Shown: positions 1 through 11,739 of the stretch, piece by piece
Layout of the letters: every line of letters begins with the position of its first letter
Position numbering within the stretch: the stretch's first letter is position 1
Origin: Nitrospirales bacterium
Lineage (GTDB): Bacteria; Nitrospirota; Nitrospiria; Nitrospirales; UBA8639
Assembly: GCA_965203295.1 (NCBI GenBank)
Contig: CBDBCZ010000012.1
Span: 128,001-192,000 of the forward strand
Reading direction: 5' to 3'
DNA length: 64,000 nucleotides
The notes under the pieces: model-generated
The model's input: the letters and a program-made list of their open reading frames with translations, nothing else
The model's database searches: none
What the model was told of the DNA's origin: nothing
Position numbers and translations under genes: made by a program

Positions 1-1522
1 GGTGGGGGATGATTAGTCTCACAGAACACAACTTCAATAAGCAACCACTGAAGGTATCATCTACGGAGCAAAGTAAGGAACCGTGCCTCATATTGACAGC
101 CAACTTTGAGATCAGTGTATTCCTAGCAGAGAAAATTGGAGCAGTTGCTGCTTCCCAAATAATTGCCTACTCTGGTAAGTGCATGCTTTACTCTCCTCAT
201 GTTAACACAATGATTCTTTAGGGAAAGGAGACAGGACAAATGTAAAAAAAAACAAGTTATGCGGTAAACAATTGCAGTAAGCTGCTTTCGAAGGAACCGT
301 GAGGAACCGTACCGCTGACAGCCCACTTTGAGATCACACAAAGTCAGGCAAGGTATTCCTAACTAATTGGAAATCTGTTTCTTTATTGCAAAGATACCAA
401 CAGCACAGCTTCTAACTACCAGAGAGAGCGGAAAGGTACCAGCTTCGCAATTTCATTCTCCACTCTAATTAATAGTACACAATACTTTTCTTGTGATGGC
501 AAAATGTTACTTCAGAGATTGCAGGCAAAAAACCATAGTTAGTACTCTACAATCTATGATGAAACATAGGACGTGGGGGAAATTAGTCACATGCACAGAA
601 CACAAATTCGATCTGAAACCGTGGAATGAACCATCTAAAAATCACAGTAGTAACTGTGCCTCATATTGACAAAAAAGATTATAGACGACTGCCAACATTA
701 AGGAGAAGCATCTTGAAGAGGAGTATATCGTTATAAGGCTAAACAAACTTCTATCACAGCCTCTAGCTGCCAGGGAGAATGGAGAGGTACCAAATTTCCA
801 ATTTCATTTTCAACTCTAATTAATTGTACACATTACTGTTCTTGTGTTTGCCTTTAGTGATTGCTGAAATGAAACATAGGTGGGAGATAATTAGTCACAC
901 AGAACACAACTTCAATAAGCAAAGTGGAATGAACCATCAATAAGCAACCGTTGAAGGAACGTCTAAGGATCAAAGTAAGGAGCCGTGTCTTGTACTGACA
1001 GCCAACTTTGAGATCAGTGCATATTCCTAGCAGAGAGAATTGGAGCCGTACCTCTCATTTCATGTAGTATTGGTATCGAGAACGCGACAATGAACCGACA
1101 GCTAGCTAAGGAAAAGGAACCACCAAGTAAATAAATGCGGGGGCGGGGCACGCTACGATATGCACCGCGTGCGTCAATGCTTTTTGCGCCAGCTCACGCA
1201 GCTCTTGACTGCGCAAGAAAGTTGAACTCTCTAGAATTAAAGTACAGAAGAATGAAGTCTCTATTCAAGGAACAGGGGGTTATAGGTATTATCAAATAAT
1301 TTGTAGCAAGACCTGACAGTTCCCAATTTATACCCCATGCACCTAGCAGTTTCATGAGTTCACATGAAACAGTAATTGATTGTAGGTATCTATCAATGGA
1401 TGCATGTAAAGAACTTTGAGATTGTACTTCTGTAAAATGGAAGCGGCAACATACAAGAAAGATTATAGACGTCTGTTAACATTAAGGATTCTGAAGCACC
1501 TTGAAGAGGAGTATATATATCG

Positions 1523-2257
1523 TTATACCACATTACATCACATCCAAGGTGTTTGATTGGAGCAGAAGAGGAGTATAAAGGGTCATATACTACATTTATG
1601 TTTTCATCTTTTAATATACTGCTTTCATGTTTTATGTATTATGACATCGTAAATAACTGCTGCCTCTGGGAATGCTAGCCCAGCGTTTCTAGGTACCTAC
1701 TCCACTGATTGGTCAAATGTTGTATAAGCCGGATATACCACGCCTAGGCAAGAAGCGATTGGCCGCCTGTGTATATGTATAGGATATACTCGAAGTATAA
1801 ACGTGATTACTCCGCTAGGCTGTTTACCCTCGGCTATCGCCGAGGGTAAGCCGTCTAGCGGATTATATGTATAGGATATACCGCGTCTACGAGGAGTATA
1901 CACGCAGATAAACTCCGCTAGACAGTTTACCCGAGGCGTAGCCGAGGGTAAACCGTCTAGCGGAGTTTATCGCGTTTATACTCCGATTAGGCGTGGTATA
2001 TCCGGCTTATATCACAGGCGACCAATCGCTTCTTGCCGTTTGTCATCGCCATAGTTACCATTCAGTAGTATTCATTTATTATGTAAACAAAAAACACGTC
2101 AACGAACCTGAAAACACGCATGGAAAACATGAAAACAAAATAGTAGTATAAACACCTTTATACTCCTCTCTGTAGCCAATGAATTTCTCCAAAAGTGATG
2201 TAATGTGATATAACTGCGTTTACACTCCTCGTAGACGTGGTATATCCCATACTTATA
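1523..2257. mobile_element. Non-autonomous multi-hairpin element (Crypton/Eulor5-6-like), inserted at TTATA
   Basis: TTATA at both ends (1523-1527, 2253-2257). An uninterrupted paralogous site lies at 721-750 (GAGTATATCGTTATAAGGCTAAACAAAC). Central hairpins ACCCTCGGCTATCGCCGAGGGT and ACCCGAGGCGTAGCCGAGGGT, plus several long inverted repeats. Confidence 0.7.
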
Positions 2258-3192
2258 AGGCTAAACAAACTTTCATTACCAAATTCCCAATTTCATTTCC
2301 AACTCTAGTTAATTGTACACATTACTTTTCTTGTGTTTGCCATTAGTGATTGCTAAAATGAAACATAGGTGGGAGATAATTAGTCACACAGAACACAACT
2401 TCAATAAGCAAAGTGGAATGAGCCATTAATAAGCAACCGTTGAAGAAACGTCTAATAAGGAACCGTGTCTTGTAGTGCATACTTTACTCTCCTCATGTGA
2501 ACACAATGATTCTTTAGGGAAAGAAGACAGGATAAATGTGAAAACAAACAAAATTATATGCAGTACAAAATCGTAATACGCTGCTCTAGATGGAACCGTG
2601 TAAGGAACCAAGTCAGGAACACTACCCCTGACAGCCCACTTTGAGATAGCACTTCAATACCTGAAGAAGGGTGGACACTAAAAGCCACAACCTCTCACTA
2701 CCAGAGAGAATTGGAGCAGCTACTGCTTCCTAATTTCATCCCCGCACTACATCTATTACTTTTCATATGTTCTCACAATGATCTGCTAGAGATATTCGGT
2801 ACAAACAATAGGTAGTAACAACTAGTAAATGAACACAGTATACAACATCAGCAAGCAACTCTAGAAAGAACCGTGCAAGGATTCGTACCACTAAGAGCCC
2901 ACTCCGTGAAATATTGTATTTGAAGAATTGAAGTAAGAATATTCCTTTGCACAACTAATAGGAAATCAGTTTTTGCATTTTAAAGATGCTAAGAGCCACA
3001 CTCTCTAGCTACCAGGGAGAAAAAATAATTGACTGCTTCCTAAACACATCCCCGCTCTAATTTAGCGTTCATAGTTCTCCTTTAAAAGACAGCAGACATA
3101 ACAAAATGTGAAAATGGACAAACTATGCAGTGCCTAATCGCGCCAAGCAGCTCTAGAAGGAATCATGTAAGCAACCATGTACAGTAAAAAAA

Positions 3193-3410
3193 ATGCAGAA
3201 AAAAGTGGAATTTCCTGAAACGTGTTACAAGGAAATTTGACAGAAAATCTGGTATTTCAGGTACAATTTAAGGTAGTATAGGATAGGGCAGAATTTCATG
3301 ATTTTAAAGGAAATTCTACCCTATCCTATACTGTCCTGTACCCAAACTGCCAGATTTCCTGTCAAATTTCCCTGTAACGCATTACAGAAAATTCCAATTT
3401 TTTTCTGCAT
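3193..3410. mobile_element. Palindromic MITE (~218 bp) inserted in the complex repeat
   Basis: ATGCAGAAAAAA...GGAAATTTGACAG...GTATAGGATAGGG pairs with CCCTATCCTATAC...CTGTCAAATTTCC...TTTTTTCTGCAT. The host repeat resumes at CCCCTGACAGCCCAC (3421). Confidence 0.7.
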
Positions 3411-3858
3411 GCGCGTGGTACCCCTGACAGCCCACGTTGAGATCACACAAAGTCAGGCAAGGTACGTATTCCTAGCTAATTGGGAATCTGTCTCTGTATT
3501 CCAGAGATACCAAAAGCCACAGCCTCTAGCTACCAGAGAGAGAGGAAAAGTAACAGCTTCCCCACTCTAAGTAAGCATACGTACACACTCCTTATCTCAT
3601 GCAGTTAATTCAGAGAGAGTGAGAAACAATTATAGTTCACGTACTTATATCTCTAGAGATTACAACTTCAGTAAGCAACGCATGGTTAAACTCAATTCTT
3701 GTAAGAAAATGTCCTACATACTGACAGCCCCCTTTCACATCGCACTAGAAGAATAACTAAACTGAAGGTGGGAATCCGTCTCTGTACTATATAAATACCA
3801 AGAGCCACATTTCTGGGATTATAGTTTACACCAGGATAAATAGTCTAAAAATAACCTT

Positions 3859-4071
3859 GGCTTAGAGGTTGAGTGCTTCTGTATATATGTCTGTTGAACA
3901 GGCAACCTTGGTACAATGTCACTGCTTCATAGAAATCACTTTTTGGTTATAATAGCTACCCTCATTATTGGTCAGGAATATGTATAAGAGCAACCGAAAA
4001 GTGACTACTAAGAAATAGCGACATTGTACCTCAGGGTGCCTGCTTGCCGGACATACATCACCCTCTAAGCC
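3859..4071. mobile_element. Degenerate palindromic MITE
   Basis: GGCTTAGAGG...CAGGCAACC.TGGTACAATGTCAC...TCACTTTT pairs with AAAAGTGAC...GCGACATTGTACC...GGTGCCTG...CCTCTAAGCC. Confidence 0.6.
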
Positions 4072-6516
4072 TACATTACAACATTGCTTACTAATGAAAG
4101 TCTATAACTATTGTTGCTCACCTATATTTTGTACCTGCATACAATCTCTGAATTAAGTTAAACATTATGCGAGTAAGAAAAGTATGCTATACTAGAGTGT
4201 GGAATAAAATTGGGAAGCTGTTACCTCTCCATTTTCTCTGGTAGCTAGAGGCTGTGGCTCTTCACTCTTAGAAATAAAGTGGTCAAAACACACTTATTTA
4301 GGTTGGCGGTAGGATGTCACACAGCACACCAGGTCACCTGTTGTTAGGTTGTGTGTGAGTCTCAGAGTGGGTGAACATTCAATAACTCCTGTTCTGTAAA
4401 ATTTCATAACATCAATTGTGTTCTGTGTGACTAATATCCCCCCACCTATGTTTTGTGCCTGCAATCTCTGAAGTAACAATGTGCAAACACAAGAAAAGTA
4501 ATGTTTAATTCAAATACGATATCTCCGGGTGGGCTGTCAGAAGTATGGTTTCTTACACGGTTCTTTCTACAATTGCTAACTGAAGTGATATGTTTTGTAT
4601 ACTGTCTGTACATGATGGTTGTTTACACAAGAAAAGTTATGTGTGTGCTTATCAATTAGAGTGGGGAATTATTTTGGAAGTAGTAACTGCTCCAAGTATC
4701 TCTTCTAAAACAAGTGACAATTAGATAAGTGTTTGCTACTGCGTTAATATTTAACAAACAATGCAGTGTATGACAGTGGTAAGCAACCCTAGAAAGAACT
4801 GTGTAAGGAACCAAGACAAATCTTGAAAGCAAGATGAGATTTTGGGCATTTCTTAGTCTTGAGAGGGGTACATTCATTACAGAGACAGTGAAAAACACAA
4901 TTCTATATGAAGCACTGCTAAATGGTTGGTAGCTCGGCAGAGATTTAGAAATGAAGTGCAGGAGAGTAAAGCAGGAAAGGAACAGAGCAAGCAGCTCAGA
5001 TCTATCTAGAGTCAGTAGTGATGCTGAGCATAGTTTGGAAGCTCCAGAAGAAAGAGGAAGCAAGATGATTGACAAGGAAGAAATGAGCAAAGAATGTTTC
5101 ATACTCACCCTCCATGCTTAGAAGTAGCTGAATCTTGTGTAACCATGTCAGATAGCACTGAGCATGGCAGTGTGCATTGACCTGCTACCTAAAGGTTGAT
5201 TGGCTTTATATATAAAGTCGTAGGCATTGAGTGCCAGAGTGCATTCCTCCCCGAGTGAGTCAGGCACATGTCCAATCATTTTGTAATGATCCTCAGCCTC
5301 TGTATTTTACTAACACTAGTGTCTTTGGCTGTCCCTCACATATGGCTCTTGGTATATACGCCATTGTGGAGTAATTCATTGAGTCATACTAGTTTCAGTT
5401 GGAGAATCAGTAATGGTTTATGGTGCTGATGGTGTTGCTGCTAATAGTTTACCTTACGGTCACCTTAGCCCTTTACCAACCATAGGAAACAGCTTAAAGA
5501 AGCAGAAAAGCCTGTACAAAGTATTATCACCTAGTATTAAAACGGCCATATAAATTCATATGGGCTTATGGGAACTCATGACGCATATGTGTCATTGGTT
5601 GGTAAAGAGTTAAATGAAGCCACTGTATTCCCTGCTAAGCTTTACACTCACTAACATGCACTCACTCAGAAAGCCTAACCTCTTGAGGATCTTCGCAGTT
5701 GCTCTGCAGCGACGCAAGACCGTACACTAGCGTGAGACTATATTAAAGCTTACTACAGTACTAATGATTAGCATGCACGTGAGAAGTCAGCTCCTCCCTC
5801 CCGTTACTGCTAGAACCGCAGCCCGCAGTCTGTACACAAATATTAATATGTATAACACATCAACTTTATAGACATAATTAAAATGAGATGATTACAAGTG
5901 GCATTGATGCACCACTGGCTTCAAGGCAGTTCATGGATTTCAATTTCTTGAGTGTTTCCTGCAAAGGAAAAAACAGACACTTGTGGTAGAACCGAGGTGG
6001 GATAGGACACGACCTCTGAGGATCACTCCCATAGACTCTATAGTTGCAACTGCAGTCATCTCGATCCGTACCTGTTAATGTATCTACTTAGAAGTTAGAA
6101 TTGTCCACAGTAGCAAAACATCATACTGCTTTCCATGGTTCTCAACAACAGTGGGCCAAAGAGTGAAAAAATGGTATATACCTTAAATTAATTACCAGGT
6201 CCACACCATTGGACATTAACAGGAAAGTCTTTATCTTCATGCAAATAAGCAGAGGGCTTGGAATAAGCTTACAAAAGTGCCAGTTGAAAATCAATAGGAC
6301 AACAGGAGAGGCCTTGTGCAAATGGACAAATCAGTGCGATCACTAGCTGGTCAAGATCATGACTGCAATGGTAACTATATACACACTTACAGAGACTATA
6401 GGAGTGGCCCTCATTCAGTCCATTAAATACCCACACATTAAACCTACAAGGCCTCTGCCCAACTTTTGCTGCGAGAGAGCCTGGGGACAAAGCTACATAA
6501 ACCAATGGCAGTAGAA

Positions 6517-7073
6517 ACTAGAGGTCTCTAGCAGAGACATACCCCGCGCTCTTGGACCCTGCAGACTGTAGCGCCGTATGCGAGCTGTAGGCGTGGCTGA
6601 TCGCCGTAGTAATGATATGGGCGTTTCTCTGCGTATTCTCAAGTATGCTTTCTATCCGAGTATATACCTCTTCTACGCTCCATGTTGAAGATAAGACTCG
6701 TATACCATACTCGAGGGCTCACGTATGTCCGTATTCAAGCTGTAGGCGTGACCAGCTGCCGTATTAAAAAAGGCGTGACCAATTGCCGTATTAAAAAAAA
6801 TGGTGGAACACACCGATAATCAGAAAAAGCGTGGAAATGCCGAGAATAAAACAGCTATCTACTATATCAGGTACAGACAAGCTAATGTATCGCGGATATC
6901 AGCGAAAACCTCCTGTTTAGAACTTGTTATAGCCTCTAAATCGCCCGTTGGAAGGTTTTTTCAAAATTTTTGTATGACAGACGACGACGACGACGACGAC
7001 AGACGGACAAAACCGATTACTTAACCCCGCTTGCGCGCAGGGTAACTACATCTACGCTTGCGCGCGGGGTAAC
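6517..7073. mobile_element. Helentron/Helitron2-type non-autonomous element (HINE/DINE-1-like) in a CDC50 intron
   Basis: Starts ACTAGAGGTCTCTAGCAGAGAC. Has internal short tandem repeats (GGCGTGACCA..TGCCGTATTAAAAAA x2), a (GAC)n/CAGA microsatellite at 6976-7008, and a terminal hairpin TTAACCCCGC...GCGGGGTAA. This layout matches HINE-type elements. Confidence 0.7.
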
Positions 7074-7450
7074 TACATCTACATACCAGTGTGAACAGGC
7101 GAAGTGTATTAGCAGCAGCACCAAGCCTGCAATTATCGACAGAGTTGCTGTCACAATGTACGCAATGCCAAAGAACAAACATATCAAAGGAGTCTAGAAA
7201 GAGAGACAAACACAATAATAATTTACACAGCCCACATAATTAAATTCAGACGTCTACAAGGACAAACTACACACAGGTGTGTTTAGAAATTTTACTATGC
7301 ACGCACGATCCACTCTAATCACTACATTGGAGTGCACAAAACATTGTGACTGTTCGCATTTTGCCAGATCTAGAAAAGCATTGTATTAACATTTTAAAAG
7401 TGAGATGGGCCATCACTGAAGATGCAGTATGGTGAAGCAAAAGTCATATA

Positions 7451-8035
7451 CCGTAAACTCTGATAAATAACCGGGGGCGGTTATAATTAGAATTAGCAGC
7501 CTCAATGGGCGGTTACTTTTACATGGGCGGGTATAATCACAGATCGGTTATTTTTGCATGACAACTGTTAATAGCGTGGCAGATTTACAGAAACATCCCC
7601 TACGTTGAGAACAGCCCGGTAGATGTGGTGTCCCTTGAGGCAGGAAGCCTTCAGGCAGCCAATCTGAACGAGCTCCATAGCGCTTACCTTAGCTACCGTA
7701 GCTTAGCCTCGTTCCCAGAACCCTCCACTAACCGTAGCTAGGGTTTCTCGCTACAACTAACACCGACTTCTTGGTTTTCACAGTCTGATTCTCGTCGCTA
7801 TTCTGTACGGTCGTGTTCTATTAGCTGCATGCTCTGCTTGCTATAGACATTCACACGTGCAACGCTATTAATTTTACAGATTCAATTTCCTGCCTGGGCT
7901 GCACGTGAAAATTATGGGCGGTTATGTTTACATAGGAGGTTTTACACACGAGTAAACTGTTATTGCAGTAAATTGATCGGTTATACTAGAGGGGCGGTTA
8001 CCTTTAAGGGGGCGGTTATTTATCAGATTTTACGG
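7451..8035. mobile_element. pogo/Tc1-mariner-type MITE, 585 bp
   Basis: TIRs CCGTAAACTCTGATAAATAACCG / CGGTTATTTATCAGATTTTACGG, TA on both sides, and multiple subterminal GGGCGGTTA motifs. Confidence 0.88.
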
Positions 8036-10359
8036 TATGTACATGTAGATATCTAGTAGTCCATCAAAACCAAAATCTGCATTTGGCGTTAGAAATTTCT
8101 TTGGAAGGTTCGCTCCCACTATATTTGCTAGTAGACTCAGAGAGTCCATGCATTGTTTATAGTGGAAATTCCACTCCACTCACAACAAACAATCTACTAA
8201 TTAATCCTGACCCTAAGTAAGCAAACTTGTTAAAGTATGCTCACCATTGAACAAGCTGTTTGCAATGAGTCCACAAGGTACAACAGGCATACGCGTGCCA
8301 TTAGAGTTCTCAACATTCCGTATGGGGTTACAGTCATCAGAGGGGTTCAAGAAGCTCCCTCGATTTCCTCGCAGCTGTTTCACATCCCAGGAGTTGACGT
8401 AGCGACGGTGGTTCCGGAAGTAGTTGCCAAGACCATAGTACATGTACCACGGAGAGCACAGCTCCTCCGGGACAGTGAAATTCACCCGGCAGTGGCAGTC
8501 TTCAAAATCACGCCTCTCAATGTTACTTAGAGCACTTATATTGGCCAGCTACTCGGAACACGTCTGGAAGTTATGTATGAAAGGGACATCACTAGGAATT
8601 AGTTCACAATTAGTGTAGGGAACTTCCAACTCACGTATCTGAGTATAGATGGGATGAAAAACAACAGTATACAGCAACAATATACAACAACAGCAGTGGA
8701 ATACTAATACTATCAGTAGAAATTGGCTGAGTCTTACTATAAAGTAACGCCACATACACATGTACATGTACATGCCAACAGGGTGATATTTGTATGGCCA
8801 AGTGTACTGTTAGCTTAAAAGCTACAGTGCTCAACGGGTATTCCCTATAGAGGACACCTTGTTTCCATGTGTGATCTTAATTTAATCTCTATTATATAAA
8901 ATTTTTGTAGCTCTCCAAAATATGTACACATCGCCACTCCATATTTTCTGGCCTCAACAGTACCTACTATAGACTGTACAAACTTCACCCGATAGTGCAG
9001 ACTGTAAATCACCTACTACTAGAGATACGCATACGCAGTGTAAGCCTCGCGCGCGAGCATTCAGTAGGTGTGGTTTGGTGGCGCGTGTTTAATGCTGTGA
9101 AAATTTGACAGAAAGGAAGGAGAAATAGCTAAACGTGCATGAGAATTCGATGAGTTCGACGATCTAAGTAAGGTGGCGCATTTTTCTCCAAAGGCGAAAA
9201 TTCACGCGGTGGTGACTTCTGTTTCTTCAGCAAAAAAGAGCAACAGTTGTTAGCTAATAAGTGTACGCACCTCTGGGCTAGTGGTTCCGCACTCTTTGGT
9301 CTTTTAGCTTCGGTTTTGTCCGTCTCTCGTTGCTAAAGATGCCTAGCTCTTTCCCTTCACGTCTCGTCCATGACTCCACTTCAGCCAACACGCGTGGAAG
9401 TAGCACGTGAGAAGTGAACCACAATAGGGCCGGCCACGCCATGCGCAGTACGCAGTCTAATTGCATTCCTAAGCGTGACACAGACATATATATATATATA
9501 TACATATATACAAACGCTTGCTGAGATGCGATGCAGGATTAGTTGCCTCGCGCTAAGGCGCTCGGCAATAAAGTAGGCAATTTGACGCTTCATCAACACT
9601 AATATTGATAGTGCTAGTCTCAGGGATGGTACAGAGAACGAGGCTAAACTACCGGAGTTGGCTAGGCCAGTGCTCAAGATACAAGCCGGTTAGACCATGT
9701 CTACTGGCGGGCTGTGAAGTAAATACACACACAATCCCTCGGGTTTCACCCTTGGAATTATGTGATAATGCTTAGGATAAACCATGGTCTAATTAACATG
9801 TAGCTCATGGTTAATGGTTGAGACTTGACTGGTATAATTCAGAGGGCTCTTACTTGAATCTACATGTACATGCAAATAAACATCACTGTTATGTTAGGTC
9901 CCTCATTGCAACAACAAGAAAGGTAACTCCGAGAGCAAGGAAGATCACCCCAACAATGAAGAAGACAAAAGACACATGACGGGCTGTGAAGACAGGACGG
10001 CACGCTGGAATCTGCTGCTGCACCCACTTGTTCTCTGAAGGAAAGAAAGGTATGACAGAACGGGTCAAGAACTACAAAGAACTTCCGTCATTTAGCAGAA
10101 TAAAGTAACAACTTGAGACGGTAACTACAGTTGGGGCCTACTAGTAAGTGCCACCATAACATGGGCCTGAGAGCTAGACATGCACAAGTGGAAGATGCTT
10201 TGCTGAGCACAGATACAGGTGTACAGCTCAACAAGTTGCAAGGACATGCTACTTAGTGTGTAGGGTTTCATACAGGATTCTTTGGTGGAGGGGGGAGATG
10301 AATAGTGAACACACACACGTGAAATATGCTGCATGTACAGTACATGTATGCTCTTCTAC

Positions 10360-10665
10360 AGGGGGGGGGGGGGGGTTGGGGGCATTTCTTCTAGAAAATA
10401 TTTGAAAAAATAGTTGCCTAGAAATGGAATTGGGGTACTGGACTATCAATGGAATTATGATATTAATTTTTTCAAAATTTTTGGAGTGGAGATCCCAGTG
10501 TACTGCCCTCTATACAAAACCCAAAATGTTTGAAGAAAATAGATGCCTAGATGGGTACTGAACTTTGGCTGCTAGTAAACTACCAAACACTTGTGTTCAA
10601 ATCAATGGAATTTTTCTAAATTCTTGGGGGTGGAGATTCTAGTGTACTGCCCTCTATACTAAACC
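10360..10665. repeat. G-run plus locally duplicated ~130-bp segment (transposon-derived interspersed repeat remnant)
   Basis: AAATAG.TGCCTAGA...GGGTACTG...ATCAATGGAATT...GTGGAGAT.C.AGTGTACTGCCCTCTATAC occurs twice (~10408-10520 and ~10536-10660). A related GGGG..GGGCATG motif lies at ~23130 and ~23270. Confidence 0.5.
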
Positions 10666-11208
10666 GGAGTGTGGTATAATTTGTAAGTGATTACTGCTTA
10701 TGAGCTGCCCAGCTGTGAGTACAACAGCAAATAATATTGTGGTGCCTGAGAACACTTGTGTTAAAATCAATGGAATTATGACATTAAGAAGAGAGAGCTA
10801 CGTATATTGGTGCAGGAAGATTAAGTATCGTAATCCACCAATGGTTAGCATAGTTTGAGGTGTGCTCAGAGAGCAGAAATTAGGCAGAAGAGACTAAGGA
10901 AACTGAAGAACATCTGAGGCTCTTAGTAATTGATGAAGATTCCTTCAAAGAATGATGAGAAGGTTTGAGACAATCACAGCGGGTTCATCTGTTCACCTTC
11001 TTTCAGCCCTATTTAAACTAGGGCAGTCACACTTTTCTTTCTCTACTCCAGCAGCTCACGCTGACACTAATGTGGCTTTGCATGGCTATCACTGTCTGGA
11101 TAGAACATGGGCTATGTACGTATCAATATATAGTATAGGCTCTTAGTAGTAGGCCAAGTGTTGTATTACAACAGTGCAGGTTGCATGAGTTTATAAGCCT
11201 ATACATAA

Positions 11209-11452
11209 TATGTACGTACTTACATGTAGTTGACAATACACAATTTCTATACATGTAATAAGCTAATCATTTTAGGATACAATAATATATATATAGCATT
11301 GCAAGTAATATGCTGCAGTTTGCCTTCTGCATGATATGTACGTACATACATGTAGTTGGCAATACATGCTTTCTATATGTGTAATAAGCTAATCAATTTA
11401 GGATGCAGTAATATAATTATAGCAAGTAATATACTGCAGTTTGCCTTCTGCA
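11209..11452. repeat. Tandem duplication of ~125 bp
   Basis: TATGTACGTAC.TACATGTAGTTG.CAATACA...TAATAAGCTAATCA.TTTAGGAT...GCAAGTAATAT.CTGCAGTTTGCCTTCTGCA occurs twice. Confidence 0.85.
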
Positions 11453-11739
11453 GCATTAATTGCATCGCACACTATGTGCTATCTCATACTGTGTTGTGCT
11501 ATAATTAAAATATTCCCAAGTAGTACACAGAGGGACTGATCATGGATAAGGACACATCTTGACTCAGCCGCTGACTCATTACTGTATTTTCTGAACTTGA
11601 AAATTTAATTGTTGTCATGTATTGTTTTATCAATTTTCTTTCATTGTATTGTTGCAATAGATATTGACGATTATACACTTATTGCCCTAGAACATTAACA
11701 TCAAGAAAATTTAAAAATCGTTTTCCAAACATGCTAATT

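Larger units (their letters stand above)
1..4830. repeat. Diverged complex tandem repeat (unit a few hundred bp) with orientation switch near 3.8-4.1 kb
   Basis: Recurring motifs GTCACACAGAACACAAC, AGGAACCGTG, CTGACAGCCCACTTTGAGAT and CCACAGCCTCTAGCTACCAGAGAG on + (e.g. 291-420, 894-1040, 2383-2720, 2870-3020, 3420-3560). Reverse-complement copies follow at ~4130-4720 (CTCTGGTAGCTAGAGGCTGTGGC 4235-4258; TGTGTTCTGTGTGACTAAT ~4417-4435). Confidence 0.75.
5940..10034 (-). pseudogene. CDC50: CDC50/TMEM30 family (P4-ATPase flippase beta subunit) spliced pseudogene
   Basis: Exon 10034-9898 encodes NKWVQQQIPACRPVFTARHVSFVFFIVGVIFLALGVTFLVVAMRD (QQxLPAW-like motif plus TM1). Exon 8638-8245 encodes IRELEVPYTNC...YMYYGLGNYFRNHRRYVNSWDVKQLRG...PCGLIANSLFN. 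Exon 7193-7087 encodes FFGIAYIVTATLSIIAGLVLLLIHF (TM2). A likely last exon is 5958-5940 (WKHSRN*). Lesions: in-frame TAG at 8551-8549, CT instead of GT after 9898, and no WMR/F.KLY block found. Confidence 0.88.

Noticed and set aside
4656..5108. 150-aa Leu/Ser-rich ORF as a membrane protein
   Set aside because: Pyrimidine-rich sequence resembling a LINE 3' remnant, fused to the local repeat, with no motif.
5200..5310. Minus-strand KMIGHVPDSL as a second HIRAN fragment
   Set aside because: Only a short motif, and the surrounding residues do not fit a pattern I can support.
8810..9300. Possible Kolobok-like DNA transposon in the CDC50 intron
   Set aside because: It looks TE-like, but I could not find a matching second terminus or TSD.
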